Assembly: GCA_016432465.1 (NCBI GenBank)
Contig: CP066690.1
Span: forward strand, 786,724-850,723
Source of the DNA: Candidatus Sungiibacteriota bacterium
Lineage (GTDB): Bacteria > Patescibacteriota > Minisyncoccia > Sungbacterales > HO2-52-23
Length of the DNA stretch: 64,000 bases
Reading direction: 5' to 3'
Under the pieces are notes generated by a model. The model was given only the letters and a program-made list of their open reading frames with translations. It was not told where the DNA came from and ran no database searches. Shown here piece after piece: positions 8,743 to 18,318 of this stretch (the first letter of the stretch is position 1; the number at the start of each line of letters is the position of its first letter). A program made the translations under genes and the position numbers.

Positions 8743-9336
8743 ATGTCTAAAGATGCGCTGATTATTGTTGATGTTCAGAACGATTTTTGTCTGGGTGGAT
8801 CCTTGCCTGTGCCGAACGGCGATAAAGTGGTAGAGCCGTTGAACAGAATGATTGGTAAGGCGGCAAAAAAAGATGGAGGGCTTATAATCGCTTCGCGCGA
8901 TTGGCATCCAAGAGAAACAAACCATTTTGCCGAGTTTGGGGGACGCTGGCCCGTACATTGCGTACAGGGAACCAAGGGTGCTGAATTTCACCCCGGACTT
9001 TTACTGCCAGCCGACAAAGCCATTATAGTTTCCAAGGGCATGGCAAAAGATGAAGATGCCTACTCTGCTTTTCAGGGTTCCGCAGTGCTTACGACCGCAG
9101 ATGATATAACTACTGTAACTATGTATTTGCGCGATATTCTGGGCGGCTGCGGGGTTGATACTCTTTATATCGGGGGTCTAGCCACTGATTATTGTGTAAA
9201 AGCAACTGCGCTTGATGCGCGCAGATTCGGATACGAAGTATATTTGCTGATTGATGCTTGCCGGGGGGTGGCCGCAGAAACCACCTCGGACGCCTTGATA
9301 GAAATGGCCCGGGCAGGGGTGAAGTTTATTTTATAG
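8743..9336 (+). CDS. pncA: Nicotinamidase/pyrazinamidase (isochorismatase family)
   Basis: MSKDALIIVDVQNDF... catalytic Cys in IGGLATDYCV, metal-binding DWHP. Confidence 0.8.
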   Translation: MSKDALIIVDVQNDFCLGGSLPVPNGDKVVEPLNRMIGKAAKKDGGLIIASRDWHPRETNHFAEFGGRWPVHCVQGTKGAEFHPGLLLPADKAIIVSKGMAKDEDAYSAFQGSAVLTTADDITTVTMYLRDILGGCGVDTLYIGGLATDYCVKATALDARRFGYEVYLLIDACRGVAAETTSDALIEMARAGVKFIL

Positions 9337-9397
9337 ATGACATCATAATTAAGTTTTTGGAGCCGCCTGTTGGCGGCCTTTAGATTATACATTTTAG

Positions 9398-9426
9398 ATC
9401 GTTAGATTTGCCTTTAAAACATAAAT
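9398..9426 (+). promoter_or_regulatory. Sigma-70-like promoter TTGCCT-17-TATAAT for pncB (preceded by hairpin terminator ~9364-9380)
   Basis: Spacing and hexamers are good, with a GCGGAGGA RBS before ATG 9486. Confidence 0.5.
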
Positions 9427-9485
9427 CTTGTATAATAAATTTAGAGTTTCCAAGGGGTCTTTGACTGCCAGCGGAGGATACAACA

Positions 9486-10955
9486 ATGCTGGAGGCGCAG
9501 CTTATTTTTGACCGTTACCATGCAACAATGGATCAGTTTGCTTCGGGAGAGCACGCCCTGATTGGTGGTAAACCTTTAGCCGACCTGCCGGCCACATTTT
9601 ACGTATCGCAGCGCAAACTTTCTTTTGCTCCTTGTGTTGGTCATGAGCGTCTGCTGGAGGGTTTGATGAGACGAAACATTGATGTACCCAGAGCGCGGTT
9701 TCTTCGTGAGGATAAGGCAGGACTTTCTCGAACCGCCGAGCGTCTTGCTTCAACCTCTAACCCTTTCTTGATTCGTTGTGTAAAGCCCGGAACTATTATG
9801 TTCGCCCGGGAGCCTTTTGCAGATATCACAGGTCCTTTTGCCGAGACGCAGATGATGGAAGTAAGGTTTGAGCACGCATTTGACGAACCCATGACGGTTG
9901 CGGGCAGGGCTTTAGCCATACGGCTTGATGCGGGAGAACGCTGGATTTCTGATTTTTCCTTACGTCGGGATGGAAGTCTTGGTAGAGCGGTGGACATTGC
10001 CAAGTACTCTTATATCGGAGGTTTTGACGATACCTCCAACATGGAAGCCGCGTTTCTTTTGGACATTAATGCCGTGGGCACCATGGCTCATTATCTGGTG
10101 CAGGCGTTTCTGGTGTCTAGTCGCTATCCCCAGCGTTCGGAAAAAGGAGTACGCAAACACTTTCAACAAGCATGTTTTGAACAATGGTTAGATGCGCACC
10201 CCAAAGGCACAACCCTGCTGTTGGACACTATTACCTTAAGGCTTGGAGTAATCCACACTATTCGTGCTGCTAAAAGTTCGGAAGGCAGACGCGGGGCTTT
10301 AAGGGCAGTACGTATTGACTCTGGTAATTTGATTAAAAACGCGCTTTGGGTGCGTGCGATGCTGGATGCCAATGCCCTTGAAGACGTTAAGATTATTCTC
10401 ACATCTGACCTTGACAGGAATCTGATTGCCGAGATTGTTAAACGCTGTCCGGCAGTATACGGATTTGGCGTAGGCACAAAACTTGCCGCCGAGGTGGAAA
10501 ACGTCGCCGGTGTTATATTTAAGCTTTCCCAGATTGATGACCTGCCGACCCTCAAGTGTTCCGAAACTCCCGGGAAAGAAACTCTCCCCGGTCGCCTGCA
10601 GGTATGGCGGTGTATTGATCATGAGGGATTTTTCGTCAAAGATGTAATTGGTACTGATGGTTGGGCGGCAAGCGAACAAGATAGAAAAGAATTTTCTTCT
10701 GCCTTTCCGCTGTTGCAGCCGTGGTGGGGCAATGCTTTCAAGACTGACTTTCTGCCTTATGAACAGCCGCGTATGCCGACCATTCAGGAACAGCGCGTGT
10801 TTGTACAGCAACAGGTTAAAAGATTTCGTGATATCCATAACTATCCGGTAGAACTCTCCAGTCTGACCAAAGAACGGATTAGGTATCTTACAGAAATGAT
10901 GACCCGTGATGAGATGGGAGAGAGTGGGGTCGTCATGGTTGACTATCCATCGTAG
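9486..10955 (+). CDS. pncB: Nicotinate phosphoribosyltransferase
   Basis: 489 aa with the GFGVGTKL motif and a NAPRTase-like N-terminus. Adjacent to pncA. Confidence 0.65.
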   Translation: MLEAQLIFDRYHATMDQFASGEHALIGGKPLADLPATFYVSQRKLSFAPCVGHERLLEGLMRRNIDVPRARFLREDKAGLSRTAERLASTSNPFLIRCVKPGTIMFAREPFADITGPFAETQMMEVRFEHAFDEPMTVAGRALAIRLDAGERWISDFSLRRDGSLGRAVDIAKYSYIGGFDDTSNMEAAFLLDINAVGTMAHYLVQAFLVSSRYPQRSEKGVRKHFQQACFEQWLDAHPKGTTLLLDTITLRLGVIHTIRAAKSSEGRRGALRAVRIDSGNLIKNALWVRAMLDANALEDVKIILTSDLDRNLIAEIVKRCPAVYGFGVGTKLAAEVENVAGVIFKLSQIDDLPTLKCSETPGKETLPGRLQVWRCIDHEGFFVKDVIGTDGWAASEQDRKEFSSAFPLLQPWWGNAFKTDFLPYEQPRMPTIQEQRVFVQQQVKRFRDIHNYPVELSSLTKERIRYLTEMMTRDEMGESGVVMVDYPS

Positions 10956-10961
10956 TTTTTG

Positions 10962-10998
10962 AAGCCGAAACGCAACCGCGTTTCGGATTTTAGTTTTT
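10962..10998 (+). terminator. Rho-independent terminator (GCCGAAACGCAACCGCGTTTCGGATTTT)
   Basis: Hairpin plus T-run after the pncB stop. A second hairpin CCGAGAGTTCACGCTCTCGG at ~11013-11032 serves the convergent minus-strand gene. Confidence 0.7.
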
Positions 10999-11047
10999 TG
11001 AAAATGATAAAGCCGAGAGTTCACGCTCTCGGTCTTTGACTTAACTG

Positions 11048-11872
11048 TTAACTGCAGGGCAAGGCGTTTAAGGTTTGTAGCATCAACTTGCCTTCGCCGG
11101 ACTCGCCCTGCTCCGGATCGCCAACAAAAATAGTATAAGAGCAGTTTTTGATGGGGTTTTCGTCATCTTTTCTGGTGAAGTCTTGAGACTCCCAACGTTC
11201 TTGTGTGGAAATAAAGGCGGTGATAGTTATATGGTGGCTCACCAAAAGAACTTCTCTTTCGGAGAACTCACGGATAAGTTTTCCCGAAAGAAGCCGCATC
11301 CGTCCCTCTACCCCCAGAACATTTTCTCCCTGCGGATAGCAATAGTCATATTTGCCGTCTCTCAAGTAAATGTACCTTTGTTCTGGGTGGAAGGTTTCCA
11401 TTACTCTCCAGTTATTGTAGAGACCGGCAAGCCCGATGTCTATTTCTCTAATAAGCGGTTCAGTCTCCTGTTTTATTCCAGCAAGTTCCGGCCATCCGCG
11501 GGTCATTCCTTCCAGTGTCTGTTTGGTGCGAAGATACGGCGAGACCAGAATAACGTCGGGAAGCCGTGCATCAGGAAGAATTTTCAGGGTTCGCCCCAGA
11601 CGTTCTGCCTGCAGCCAGCCGGTATCAGTTAGGGGTGTTAGTCGGTTACTGTAAGGCAGGAAATACTTTCTATACATTTTTACTGCCAACCCACGCAGTT
11701 CCTTTGAGGCTTTTACATACGGCCAATGTCTTTGGAACTTATCTAGATTAAATTCCTGCTCAAAGAGCTTTACAAAACGCTGATATTCCGGATCTTTCCT
11801 TTGCTGTTCTTTGACTCTGTTAAATTCTGATTCTCCGTGGCGCACTAAGATGACTTTACGCGGCCATTTCAT
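11048..11872 (-). CDS. Histidine phosphatase superfamily protein (phosphoglycerate-mutase-like)
   Basis: N-terminal ILVRHGESEFN (RHG catalytic motif) and C-terminal LLVSHH second histidine. Confidence 0.6.
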   Translation of the reverse strand: MKWPRKVILVRHGESEFNRVKEQQRKDPEYQRFVKLFEQEFNLDKFQRHWPYVKASKELRGLAVKMYRKYFLPYSNRLTPLTDTGWLQAERLGRTLKILPDARLPDVILVSPYLRTKQTLEGMTRGWPELAGIKQETEPLIREIDIGLAGLYNNWRVMETFHPEQRYIYLRDGKYDYCYPQGENVLGVEGRMRLLSGKLIREFSEREVLLVSHHITITAFISTQERWESQDFTRKDDENPIKNCSYTIFVGDPEQGESGEGKLMLQTLNALPCS

Positions 11873-11957
11873 TCGTTAGTCCCCCCGCAAGGTTTCTTTA
11901 ATCGTACCACGATTTCTCTGATTTTGCAAACTAAAACCGAAGCATGAGCTTCGGTTG

Positions 11958-13145
11958 CTATCTTCCCTCCAAAATGGTCTGCATAATCATTCCGACAGTT
12001 GACCAGTCAAGCAGTCGTGTCTCAATAATTTCGCCCAATGTTTTTACTTCAAGTGAGGTTTGTTCTCCTTCAGCGATATTTCCAAAGACCGTGCGGTTTC
12101 GAGCATTAGTCTCAAAATACTCAATTTCTTCGGGTTTAAGTCGGATAGAAAAAAGGTGGGTGTGATGCGCAGAAAAAGTTCCGGCAACCTGACGCGAACC
12201 ATGGGCAACCAGGCGGCATTTTTCAAATTCTTTTCCGGTTTCTTCCTTAATCTCCTCCAGGGCAATTTCTTCCGGTGTCAGCCACCATTGGGGTGAGGAG
12301 CCGCTGGGCAGCTCGTGGATAAATCCATCCGGAGTTCTCCCCGAAGGCCGGAACTCTTTTACCAAAACAATTTTTGTATTCAGCGGGTTGAAAGCTTCCT
12401 GCCATAGCACTGTGGCCGAGGTATCGGTTCTGGACAGGGCAAAATCAAACTCGCTTGTTTTGAATCTATTTTCCGAGGCAATAAAGATCCGTGCCTGTAG
12501 TATCCATCTGTAAACAAATGACCCCTTAGCATTCTTGCGGGAGCACCAAAGTACCTCGGCCCCTTCCAGTATATTTCCTGCTGTCTTTAGACCTTCATAC
12601 CACAATTGGAATGATTTCGCGTTCCAGATGTGAAGCGGTATGTCGCATTCACCGCCATTTCTCTCGGCGCCGCCTCCAATGTAGGAGACCGCAAAATCAA
12701 GGGTGTCTTTCAGCGTTTGAAAGCGCGGGACGTCTTGCCTGTCTGCCGTCAGTTCAAGATATTTATTTCTAGGAAGATCAGGTGGAGCGCCATAAACTAT
12801 TTTGCCCGAGCGTACCCAAAGACCAAATTCCACGTTGGTGGTAAAGGCAGGCATGGTAGTAAGGTTTCTTGGCACCCAAAACACAATAAGATCCGCCCTG
12901 TTAAGGCCTATTCGCTCCCAAGCAATCTGGTGTTTGTATTCTTGATTGTTTATATCTTCTTCTCTTGGTCCGTCGCGATTTTCCGGTATAAATACATGCC
13001 CGTCATAGCCAAGTTCCTCCAGAATTTTGATTGCCCCGGGAATGCGCCAAGAGGGAGTAGTGCGTTTCCTCGGCGTCGGCCCTGCAAGAAATATAGATTT
13101 TTTAACGTGCGTAGGAAAAGGTTCTCTGGTATAAATCAGTTCCAT
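11958..13145 (-). CDS. Two-domain protein: N-terminal Rcl/DNPH1-like nucleoside 2-deoxyribosyltransferase-fold domain fused to C-terminal Nudix hydrolase
   Basis: N-terminal IFLAGP...ADLIVFWVP...TTNVEFGLWVRSGK fits the Rcl/NDT pattern. The C-terminal half has the Nudix box LPSGSSPQWWLTPEEIALEEIKEETG. Confidence 0.5.
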   Translation of the reverse strand: MELIYTREPFPTHVKKSIFLAGPTPRKRTTPSWRIPGAIKILEELGYDGHVFIPENRDGPREEDINNQEYKHQIAWERIGLNRADLIVFWVPRNLTTMPAFTTNVEFGLWVRSGKIVYGAPPDLPRNKYLELTADRQDVPRFQTLKDTLDFAVSYIGGGAERNGGECDIPLHIWNAKSFQLWYEGLKTAGNILEGAEVLWCSRKNAKGSFVYRWILQARIFIASENRFKTSEFDFALSRTDTSATVLWQEAFNPLNTKIVLVKEFRPSGRTPDGFIHELPSGSSPQWWLTPEEIALEEIKEETGKEFEKCRLVAHGSRQVAGTFSAHHTHLFSIRLKPEEIEYFETNARNRTVFGNIAEGEQTSLEVKTLGEIIETRLLDWSTVGMIMQTILEGR

Positions 13146-13260
13146 GACGTCCTCCCCCTGCTGGCAATGTTTAAAGTTTAAACTTTTTTGTTAAAAAAAA
13201 CAAGCGAAAACCCACACCGAATTTTGGTGTGGGAAGTCTGACTTTCTGTGGGTGATTGGG

Positions 13261-14142
13261 CTATAGTATTACTGCTCCTTCATATTGCCAGTAGGGCCGG
13301 ATACGTCCGTTAGGAGAAAAAATTATATTTCTCAATTCTTCCGAGTCTGGCTGGATAGAAAGACAGTTATTAAGACAGAAATTCTGGCCGTTGACGTCAA
13401 AAACTACTGCACCATGGGTTAGGGTATACAGTCTCCTTCCTTGTGTAAAAAGAAATTGCTGGATATCCCCAAACTGTTCAGTGGTTAGCTGGTGCTCACT
13501 GGTCCACTCCCATACTTTTTTGTCTCTGGCCAGTCTTTCCTCTGGTTTTTCGACCGGCGTTCCGGTAAGTTGTTCCACCCTGTTTGTTTTGGCAAATTCA
13601 ATAAGACGTGTCAGCTCTTTGCTGTTATCAATAAACCCCCCGGTCAGAACGCAAGTTAGTCGCACCGAGAAAAGCATGTCGTGCAATGTTTGGATAAGAC
13701 GCGGCAGGTCAAAATAACTTTTGGGAGAGTGAAAAAAGAATTCTCCATTTTTCCCCGGATCGTAGTGGGCAATAGATATGGCAATAGTAGTCATACCAAG
13801 TTCGTACCACATTTTGAGGTGGGAAGCGTATACTTCCGGTTTTCGAGCAAGCAGACTGCCGTTGGTTTGCAGTTCAATAAGAGGAAATTCAAAGGGCTCA
13901 AGCTCTTGTAGAAATCGCGTAATTTGTTTTGGAAAGATCGTAGGTTCACCCTTGCCGGTCAGCATGACTGTGGTACATCCGCATTGTTTGGCTAGTCGGC
14001 AGGCAATTTTGAAGTTCCGCCAATTTACCTCCGGCTCCTTAGTCTCTATCCCCTCAGGTAGTGTCATTTTGGAAACACAGGGCGAGCAACAGGCATTACA
14101 GGCCTCACTTCCGGCGATAATGCTGAAGGTCTGGATGCGCAT
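13261..14142 (-). CDS. Radical SAM enzyme (small activase/QueE-like fold, family unassigned)
   Basis: CNACCSPC equals CX3CX2C, plus the glycine-rich TVMLTGKGEPT SAM-binding motif. 293 aa. Confidence 0.6.
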   Translation of the reverse strand: MRIQTFSIIAGSEACNACCSPCVSKMTLPEGIETKEPEVNWRNFKIACRLAKQCGCTTVMLTGKGEPTIFPKQITRFLQELEPFEFPLIELQTNGSLLARKPEVYASHLKMWYELGMTTIAISIAHYDPGKNGEFFFHSPKSYFDLPRLIQTLHDMLFSVRLTCVLTGGFIDNSKELTRLIEFAKTNRVEQLTGTPVEKPEERLARDKKVWEWTSEHQLTTEQFGDIQQFLFTQGRRLYTLTHGAVVFDVNGQNFCLNNCLSIQPDSEELRNIIFSPNGRIRPYWQYEGAVIL

Positions 14143-14231
14143 CTTCTACCCTCCGGTCCTGCGGTCTCTTTAAGGGTAACATAGAAATATTACTTTGTCC
14201 AGCCAAAAAGGAAGCCGCCCGCGGGGTTTCA

Positions 14232-14331
14232 TCCCCCCACCCAGGGAACCGCGGCTGGAAGGCCGCGGAGGAATGGCATAGTCTCTCGCGAAACGAGAAA
14301 CACAAGATAACCCACCCGGGAGGGTGGGGGG
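14232..14331. repeat. TIR element copy 3 (variant termini CCCCCCACCC/GGGTGGGGGG, different core)
   Basis: Inverted G/C-run termini enclosing the CCGCGGCTGGAAGGCCGCGG hairpin. Confidence 0.6.
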
Positions 14332-14333
14332 AC

Positions 14334-15206
14334 TCATCTAAACGCGAATTTTTCCTGCAGGCTTTTGAAAAAATAGTTTTTTTCAAGTTCCAAAAAGCGC
14401 ACCAATCTCTCGGATTTTTTAATAATTATGCGGTCTCCCGGGCGCAGCGCGAGAGCCCGTTCCGTGTCAGTCGAGAGCATGACGTCCACCGGCTCTTTTG
14501 TATCCTGCAGTAGAAATCGGCCACTTTTTCTAAAACCCCCAATCTTCACGGTGATGGTTCTGTCCCTTTTAATAACGAGGCTCGGCGTAGGCAGACTATG
14601 GTCCATTAATTCTGTGATGATAAAACATTTGATGTCGGGCATAACAATGGGGCCGTGGGCGGATAGATTGTAGGCAGTAGAGCCGGTTGCCGTAGAAACC
14701 AAAACCCCGCTGCCGTGGATTTTTTGTACACAATGCTCGTCCACATACACTTCAATATCAACAACCCCCGAAAGATTCTGGACCGCAATCTCATTCAAGG
14801 CGTATCCGGACAAAATTCTTTTGCCTCTACGTTCAACCACTGCTCGCATCATCATATGCGGTACCACGCGGTATTTACGGCGCAAAACACTAAAGAGTCC
14901 CGCTACGAAGTTTTTGGGGTTTCTGACGGAGGCAAGAAATCCTACATGACCAAGGTTCAGGCCCAAAATACGCGGATTCCAACGCTGAAATTTTTGAGCA
15001 GCTTCCAGTATGGTTCCATCCCCGCCCAGTACAATCAAAAGTTCCGGGGCTGATTTTTTTTGCCGCGGAACCGCATTGGATGCCAGAATTTGAATTTTGG
15101 TAAAACGTTTTTTTAGGAGTCGGGCAAGTTTGTTTTCCCAAAATTTGGCAGCTTTAACTTCCGTCCGAAAATAAAAAGCTACTTTTTTAAATGCTAAGCC
15201 GGACAT
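14334..15206 (-). CDS. nadK: NAD+ kinase
   Basis: GGDGT motif (LIVLGGDGTILEAA) and NE/D motifs; 290 aa. Confidence 0.8.
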   Translation of the reverse strand: MSGLAFKKVAFYFRTEVKAAKFWENKLARLLKKRFTKIQILASNAVPRQKKSAPELLIVLGGDGTILEAAQKFQRWNPRILGLNLGHVGFLASVRNPKNFVAGLFSVLRRKYRVVPHMMMRAVVERRGKRILSGYALNEIAVQNLSGVVDIEVYVDEHCVQKIHGSGVLVSTATGSTAYNLSAHGPIVMPDIKCFIITELMDHSLPTPSLVIKRDRTITVKIGGFRKSGRFLLQDTKEPVDVMLSTDTERALALRPGDRIIIKKSERLVRFLELEKNYFFKSLQEKFAFR

Positions 15207-15261
15207 GCGGTAATTTTATCACGTTTAGCCCTTTTTTGCCAAGTAGACTCCGGTTAACACC

Positions 15262-15290
15262 TTGACTTATTTTCACCGGCGTACTATACT
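15262..15290 (+). promoter_or_regulatory. Sigma-70-like promoter TTGACT-17-TATACT
   Basis: The -10 ends 8 bp before the palindrome at 15299. Confidence 0.5.
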
Positions 15291-15298
15291 AATACTGG

Positions 15299-15317
15299 TA
15301 GTGTAGCGTGTACACTA
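15299..15317. promoter_or_regulatory. 19-bp perfect palindrome TAGTGTAGCGTGTACACTA (candidate NrtR operator) in the nadK/15342 divergent region
   Basis: Exact inverted repeat, same family as 4477. Confidence 0.55.
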
Positions 15318-15341
15318 TTTGGTTCTTTTGGGGAGGATGTT

Positions 15342-15803
15342 GTGAGGACGGTTGAGATTGTGGTACGCAACAAAGACGGGAAATTATTTTTCTACGGTGA
15401 TGGGATTTATTTTAATTTTCTTAGTGCCTTTCCTTTTTGGGGAGGAGAGCTGTGTTTACTACGAGATGGCAAGATCATTGATCGCGCTCGCATTGATGAA
15501 CACGGCACACATGCGCCTACTGTATGCTTTTTGGGGCTAAAGAGTGTGGGCACGTATGCAACAACAGATCTTTTTGTCGTTCAGTTCCAAGAGGGTGATC
15601 TGCTAAAAATTGAGTTTCTGGACACGGTCGGCGAATTACGGCAATGGGTTATTAATGACTTTATTGATACGGAGGTTTGGAAGCGGGTAAAAGAGAGTGG
15701 TCATACCACCCCATCCTATGCGGTTCTGGAGTTATATGCGGAAGAATGGGAGCGTTTATGTAAAGAGATTAAGGATAAAAACATAGATACATTTGAAATT
15801 TAA
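15342..15803 (+). CDS. Hypothetical protein (GTG start, RBS GGGAGGA)
   Basis: 153-aa ORF immediately downstream of the operator-bearing promoter. Confidence 0.4.
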   Translation: MRTVEIVVRNKDGKLFFYGDGIYFNFLSAFPFWGGELCLLRDGKIIDRARIDEHGTHAPTVCFLGLKSVGTYATTDLFVVQFQEGDLLKIEFLDTVGELRQWVINDFIDTEVWKRVKESGHTTPSYAVLELYAEEWERLCKEIKDKNIDTFEI

Positions 15804-15911
15804 GAAACAAGGCACCCGTCTAAGGGTGCTTTAATGCAAAATTTTTTGATTGACTGTTGTATTTAAAGGGGGTACTATTGTTTAGGTTTGGATACAAGGG
15901 ACTCTTAAATA

Positions 15912-16718
15912 ATGCGGCAGCCGCTTCATAAAAAGGCGCGTCTGGAAAAGCCGTCTGTATATCCCGAAAGATTTTCTGTCCCCGACGACAAAGTAGACTG
16001 GTGTAGCTATTTTGGAGAATACCGCCCGCCTTATTTTGTGGCACCAGAAATTTTGGAGCGGTTTTATCAAAATCCGTCAGAAGTAGATCCAGAAGATTGC
16101 TGTAAGATTAAAAGGCCGTTTTACAGTTTTGAAAATAAGGTGGAGCTTGATAGTTCTAATCGGCCGAGAAATCCCAGAGGCAGAACCGGTCTTGCGGGTA
16201 GGGGCATACTTTGGAGGTGGGGAGCTAACCTAGCAGTTGATACGGTTTTAAGCAGGCTTAATGCAGAAACGGACGAGTTGGAGTTGCTTCTTATAAATAG
16301 AAAAGACACCGGAGAGCTCGCTCTTCCTGGGGGTATGGTGAATAAAGGTGAAAAGATTCGGGAGGCACAAGAGCGGGAATTTGAAGAAGAAACAGGTCTC
16401 AAGATTTCTATGGAAGACTCCGAAACGGTTTATTGCGGTTATGTGGATGATCAAAGAAACACAGATAACGCTTGGATGGAAACCGTGGCCTCGCATAAGC
16501 ACATGGGTAGTAATCAGGCAAGTACTTTAAGTTTTCGGGCTGGCGATGACGCCGAGAATGTTCTTTGGCATTCTTTGAAACCCGAGCTCATCACTAATCT
16601 TTATGCCAGTCATGACGAAATTGTTAGGCTGGCTATGTATAGGTTTTACGATCGCTGTGGCGGTTGGTTGACTGCAAAAACAAAGGAACAAATTGAGGCA
16701 GTGATAGTCCGTCAGTAG
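15912..16718 (+). CDS. NUDT9-like ADP-ribose pyrophosphatase (Nudix)
   Basis: RNPRGRTGLAGRGILWRWGAN, Nudix box GGMVNKGEKIREAQEREFEEETGL and RNTDNAW resemble the NUDT9/ADPRase family. Confidence 0.6.
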   Translation: MRQPLHKKARLEKPSVYPERFSVPDDKVDWCSYFGEYRPPYFVAPEILERFYQNPSEVDPEDCCKIKRPFYSFENKVELDSSNRPRNPRGRTGLAGRGILWRWGANLAVDTVLSRLNAETDELELLLINRKDTGELALPGGMVNKGEKIREAQEREFEEETGLKISMEDSETVYCGYVDDQRNTDNAWMETVASHKHMGSNQASTLSFRAGDDAENVLWHSLKPELITNLYASHDEIVRLAMYRFYDRCGGWLTAKTKEQIEAVIVRQ

Positions 16719-16773
16719 TACGGACTTTTTTCATTGACATATTGGCTATTACAGGCTATAATTTAAATAGCAG

Positions 16774-16792
16774 TAGTGTGCTATGCACACTA
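16774..16792. promoter_or_regulatory. 19-bp perfect palindrome TAGTGTGCTATGCACACTA just downstream of TTGACA-17-TATAAT promoter (candidate NrtR operator)
   Basis: Exact inverted repeat overlapping the predicted transcription start of the 16834 gene. Confidence 0.55.
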
Positions 16793-16833
16793 TTTGATCC
16801 TTGAGTAATTGGTGCCTGTAGAGGAGAAAGAAA

Positions 16834-18168
16834 ATGTATGAGAAAGTCTACGACGTCGCCATTATTGGCGGAGGGGTTACTGGCACAGCCCAAGCGTATA
16901 TCTTTTCTTATTTTGTGGAGGGGGTTTCCCGGATTTTGCTCGTTGAGAAAAATAATAATGTGGCGCTGGTAAATTCGCACACAGTCAGCAACGCCCAAAC
17001 ACTGCATGGCGGCGATACAGAAACAAATTTTGGTTTAGAGAAGGCGTTGAAGATGAGAGACGCGGAGCGAATGCTCTCGGCGTTTCTTGAGAAATTTAGT
17101 CACGGTCAGGGCGCATTCCGCCGGCTCTATAAAATGGCTTTTGGAGTAGGGGAGAAAGAGGTTCGGATTCTCTCCGAGCGCTTTGCCATGATTAGGAGCT
17201 ATTATCCTACTTTGCAGTTTCTGGGACGCGAGGAGCTGGTGCGCATTGAACCGAAGCTCTTGGAAGGACGTGATCCCAGCATACCCGTAGCAGCGCTTTA
17301 TCGTCCCAATGGTTATGCGGTGGATTATCGAAAACTGGCAGAGTGTTTTGTGGCTGAAGCCAAAAAAACAGGCAAAGTGGAAATTTTACTTGGCACAAAA
17401 ACGAATGAGATCATAAGGCGGGGCAATCTCTTTGAGATACGCACATCCAAAGGCAATTATCTTGCTAAAGCCGTGATGGTGGCAGCAGGACCCTATAGTC
17501 TTCTTTTTGCTCACGCCTTGGGTTATGCCGGGGATTATACAATTCTTCCGGTTGCCGGAAATTTCTACCACACTAAGGCTGTCTGTTTTCCTGGAAAGGT
17601 ATATGGTGTTCAAGATCCTGTATTACAGTTTACCGCAGCGCATATTGATTCTTCCGTGGATAATCCTGGAAAGATGCGTCTTGGTCCTACGGCTGACGTT
17701 GTTCCTCTTCTTGAAAAACACCACTGGATGACTTTTATAGACTTCTTGCGTACGGGGATCATTGGGTTACGCGGTGCCCGCGCTATTGCCAAGATTTTTT
17801 GCAACTGGAAGGTTGTGAAATTTGCAGCGCGTAACATCGTCTACAAGCTTCCTGTTGTTGGTAAATGGTACTTTTTGAAAAAGGCAGCGCAGAAACTCGT
17901 ACCCACCCTTCGTTATCGTGATATCCAGTTTGCCAAAGGAGAGGGTGGTATCAGGCCGCAGTTGGTGAACGTAGAAGAGGGGCGACTGGAAATGGGTACA
18001 GGGAAGATTTTGGGCGATAGTATTATTTTTGATATCACCCCTTCGCCCGGGGCTTCGGACTGTTTGAGGAATGCTGTGGTAAACGCTAAGCACGTCGTCC
18101 AACTTTCAGGCGGTGCATACGTTTTTGACGAAGAAAGTTTTCAGAAGGAGTTCGGCCTCCACACCTAG
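16834..18168 (+). CDS. FAD-dependent oxidoreductase (DAO/L-2-hydroxyglutarate-oxidase-like); candidate functional substitute for L-aspartate oxidase
   Basis: N-terminal dinucleotide-binding motif YDVAIIGGGVTGTA, 444 aa. It sits immediately upstream of nadA-nadC and carries the shared operator. Confidence 0.5.
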   Translation: MYEKVYDVAIIGGGVTGTAQAYIFSYFVEGVSRILLVEKNNNVALVNSHTVSNAQTLHGGDTETNFGLEKALKMRDAERMLSAFLEKFSHGQGAFRRLYKMAFGVGEKEVRILSERFAMIRSYYPTLQFLGREELVRIEPKLLEGRDPSIPVAALYRPNGYAVDYRKLAECFVAEAKKTGKVEILLGTKTNEIIRRGNLFEIRTSKGNYLAKAVMVAAGPYSLLFAHALGYAGDYTILPVAGNFYHTKAVCFPGKVYGVQDPVLQFTAAHIDSSVDNPGKMRLGPTADVVPLLEKHHWMTFIDFLRTGIIGLRGARAIAKIFCNWKVVKFAARNIVYKLPVVGKWYFLKKAAQKLVPTLRYRDIQFAKGEGGIRPQLVNVEEGRLEMGTGKILGDSIIFDITPSPGASDCLRNAVVNAKHVVQLSGGAYVFDEESFQKEFGLHT

Positions 18169-18318
18169 CGGTGGAGGTTTTTCTTTTATCTTTCGTCCTC
18201 CAGAAAACGCGGCAGCTTGGGAAGTCAGACTTCCCTTGCTGCCGAGTAGTTCATCACCTTTATCATTGAGCGGTTGATGCCCTCTTGACTTTTTTTGAAG
18301 AGCGCGTTACACCTTACT

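Noticed and set aside
10299-11024. ORF 10299..11024 (-) 241 aa, antisense to pncB; also 6097..6621 (-) antisense to nadE and 12630..13181 (+) antisense to the Rcl-Nudix gene
   Set aside because: They lie wholly inside genes with strong family signatures on the opposite strand and have no motifs.
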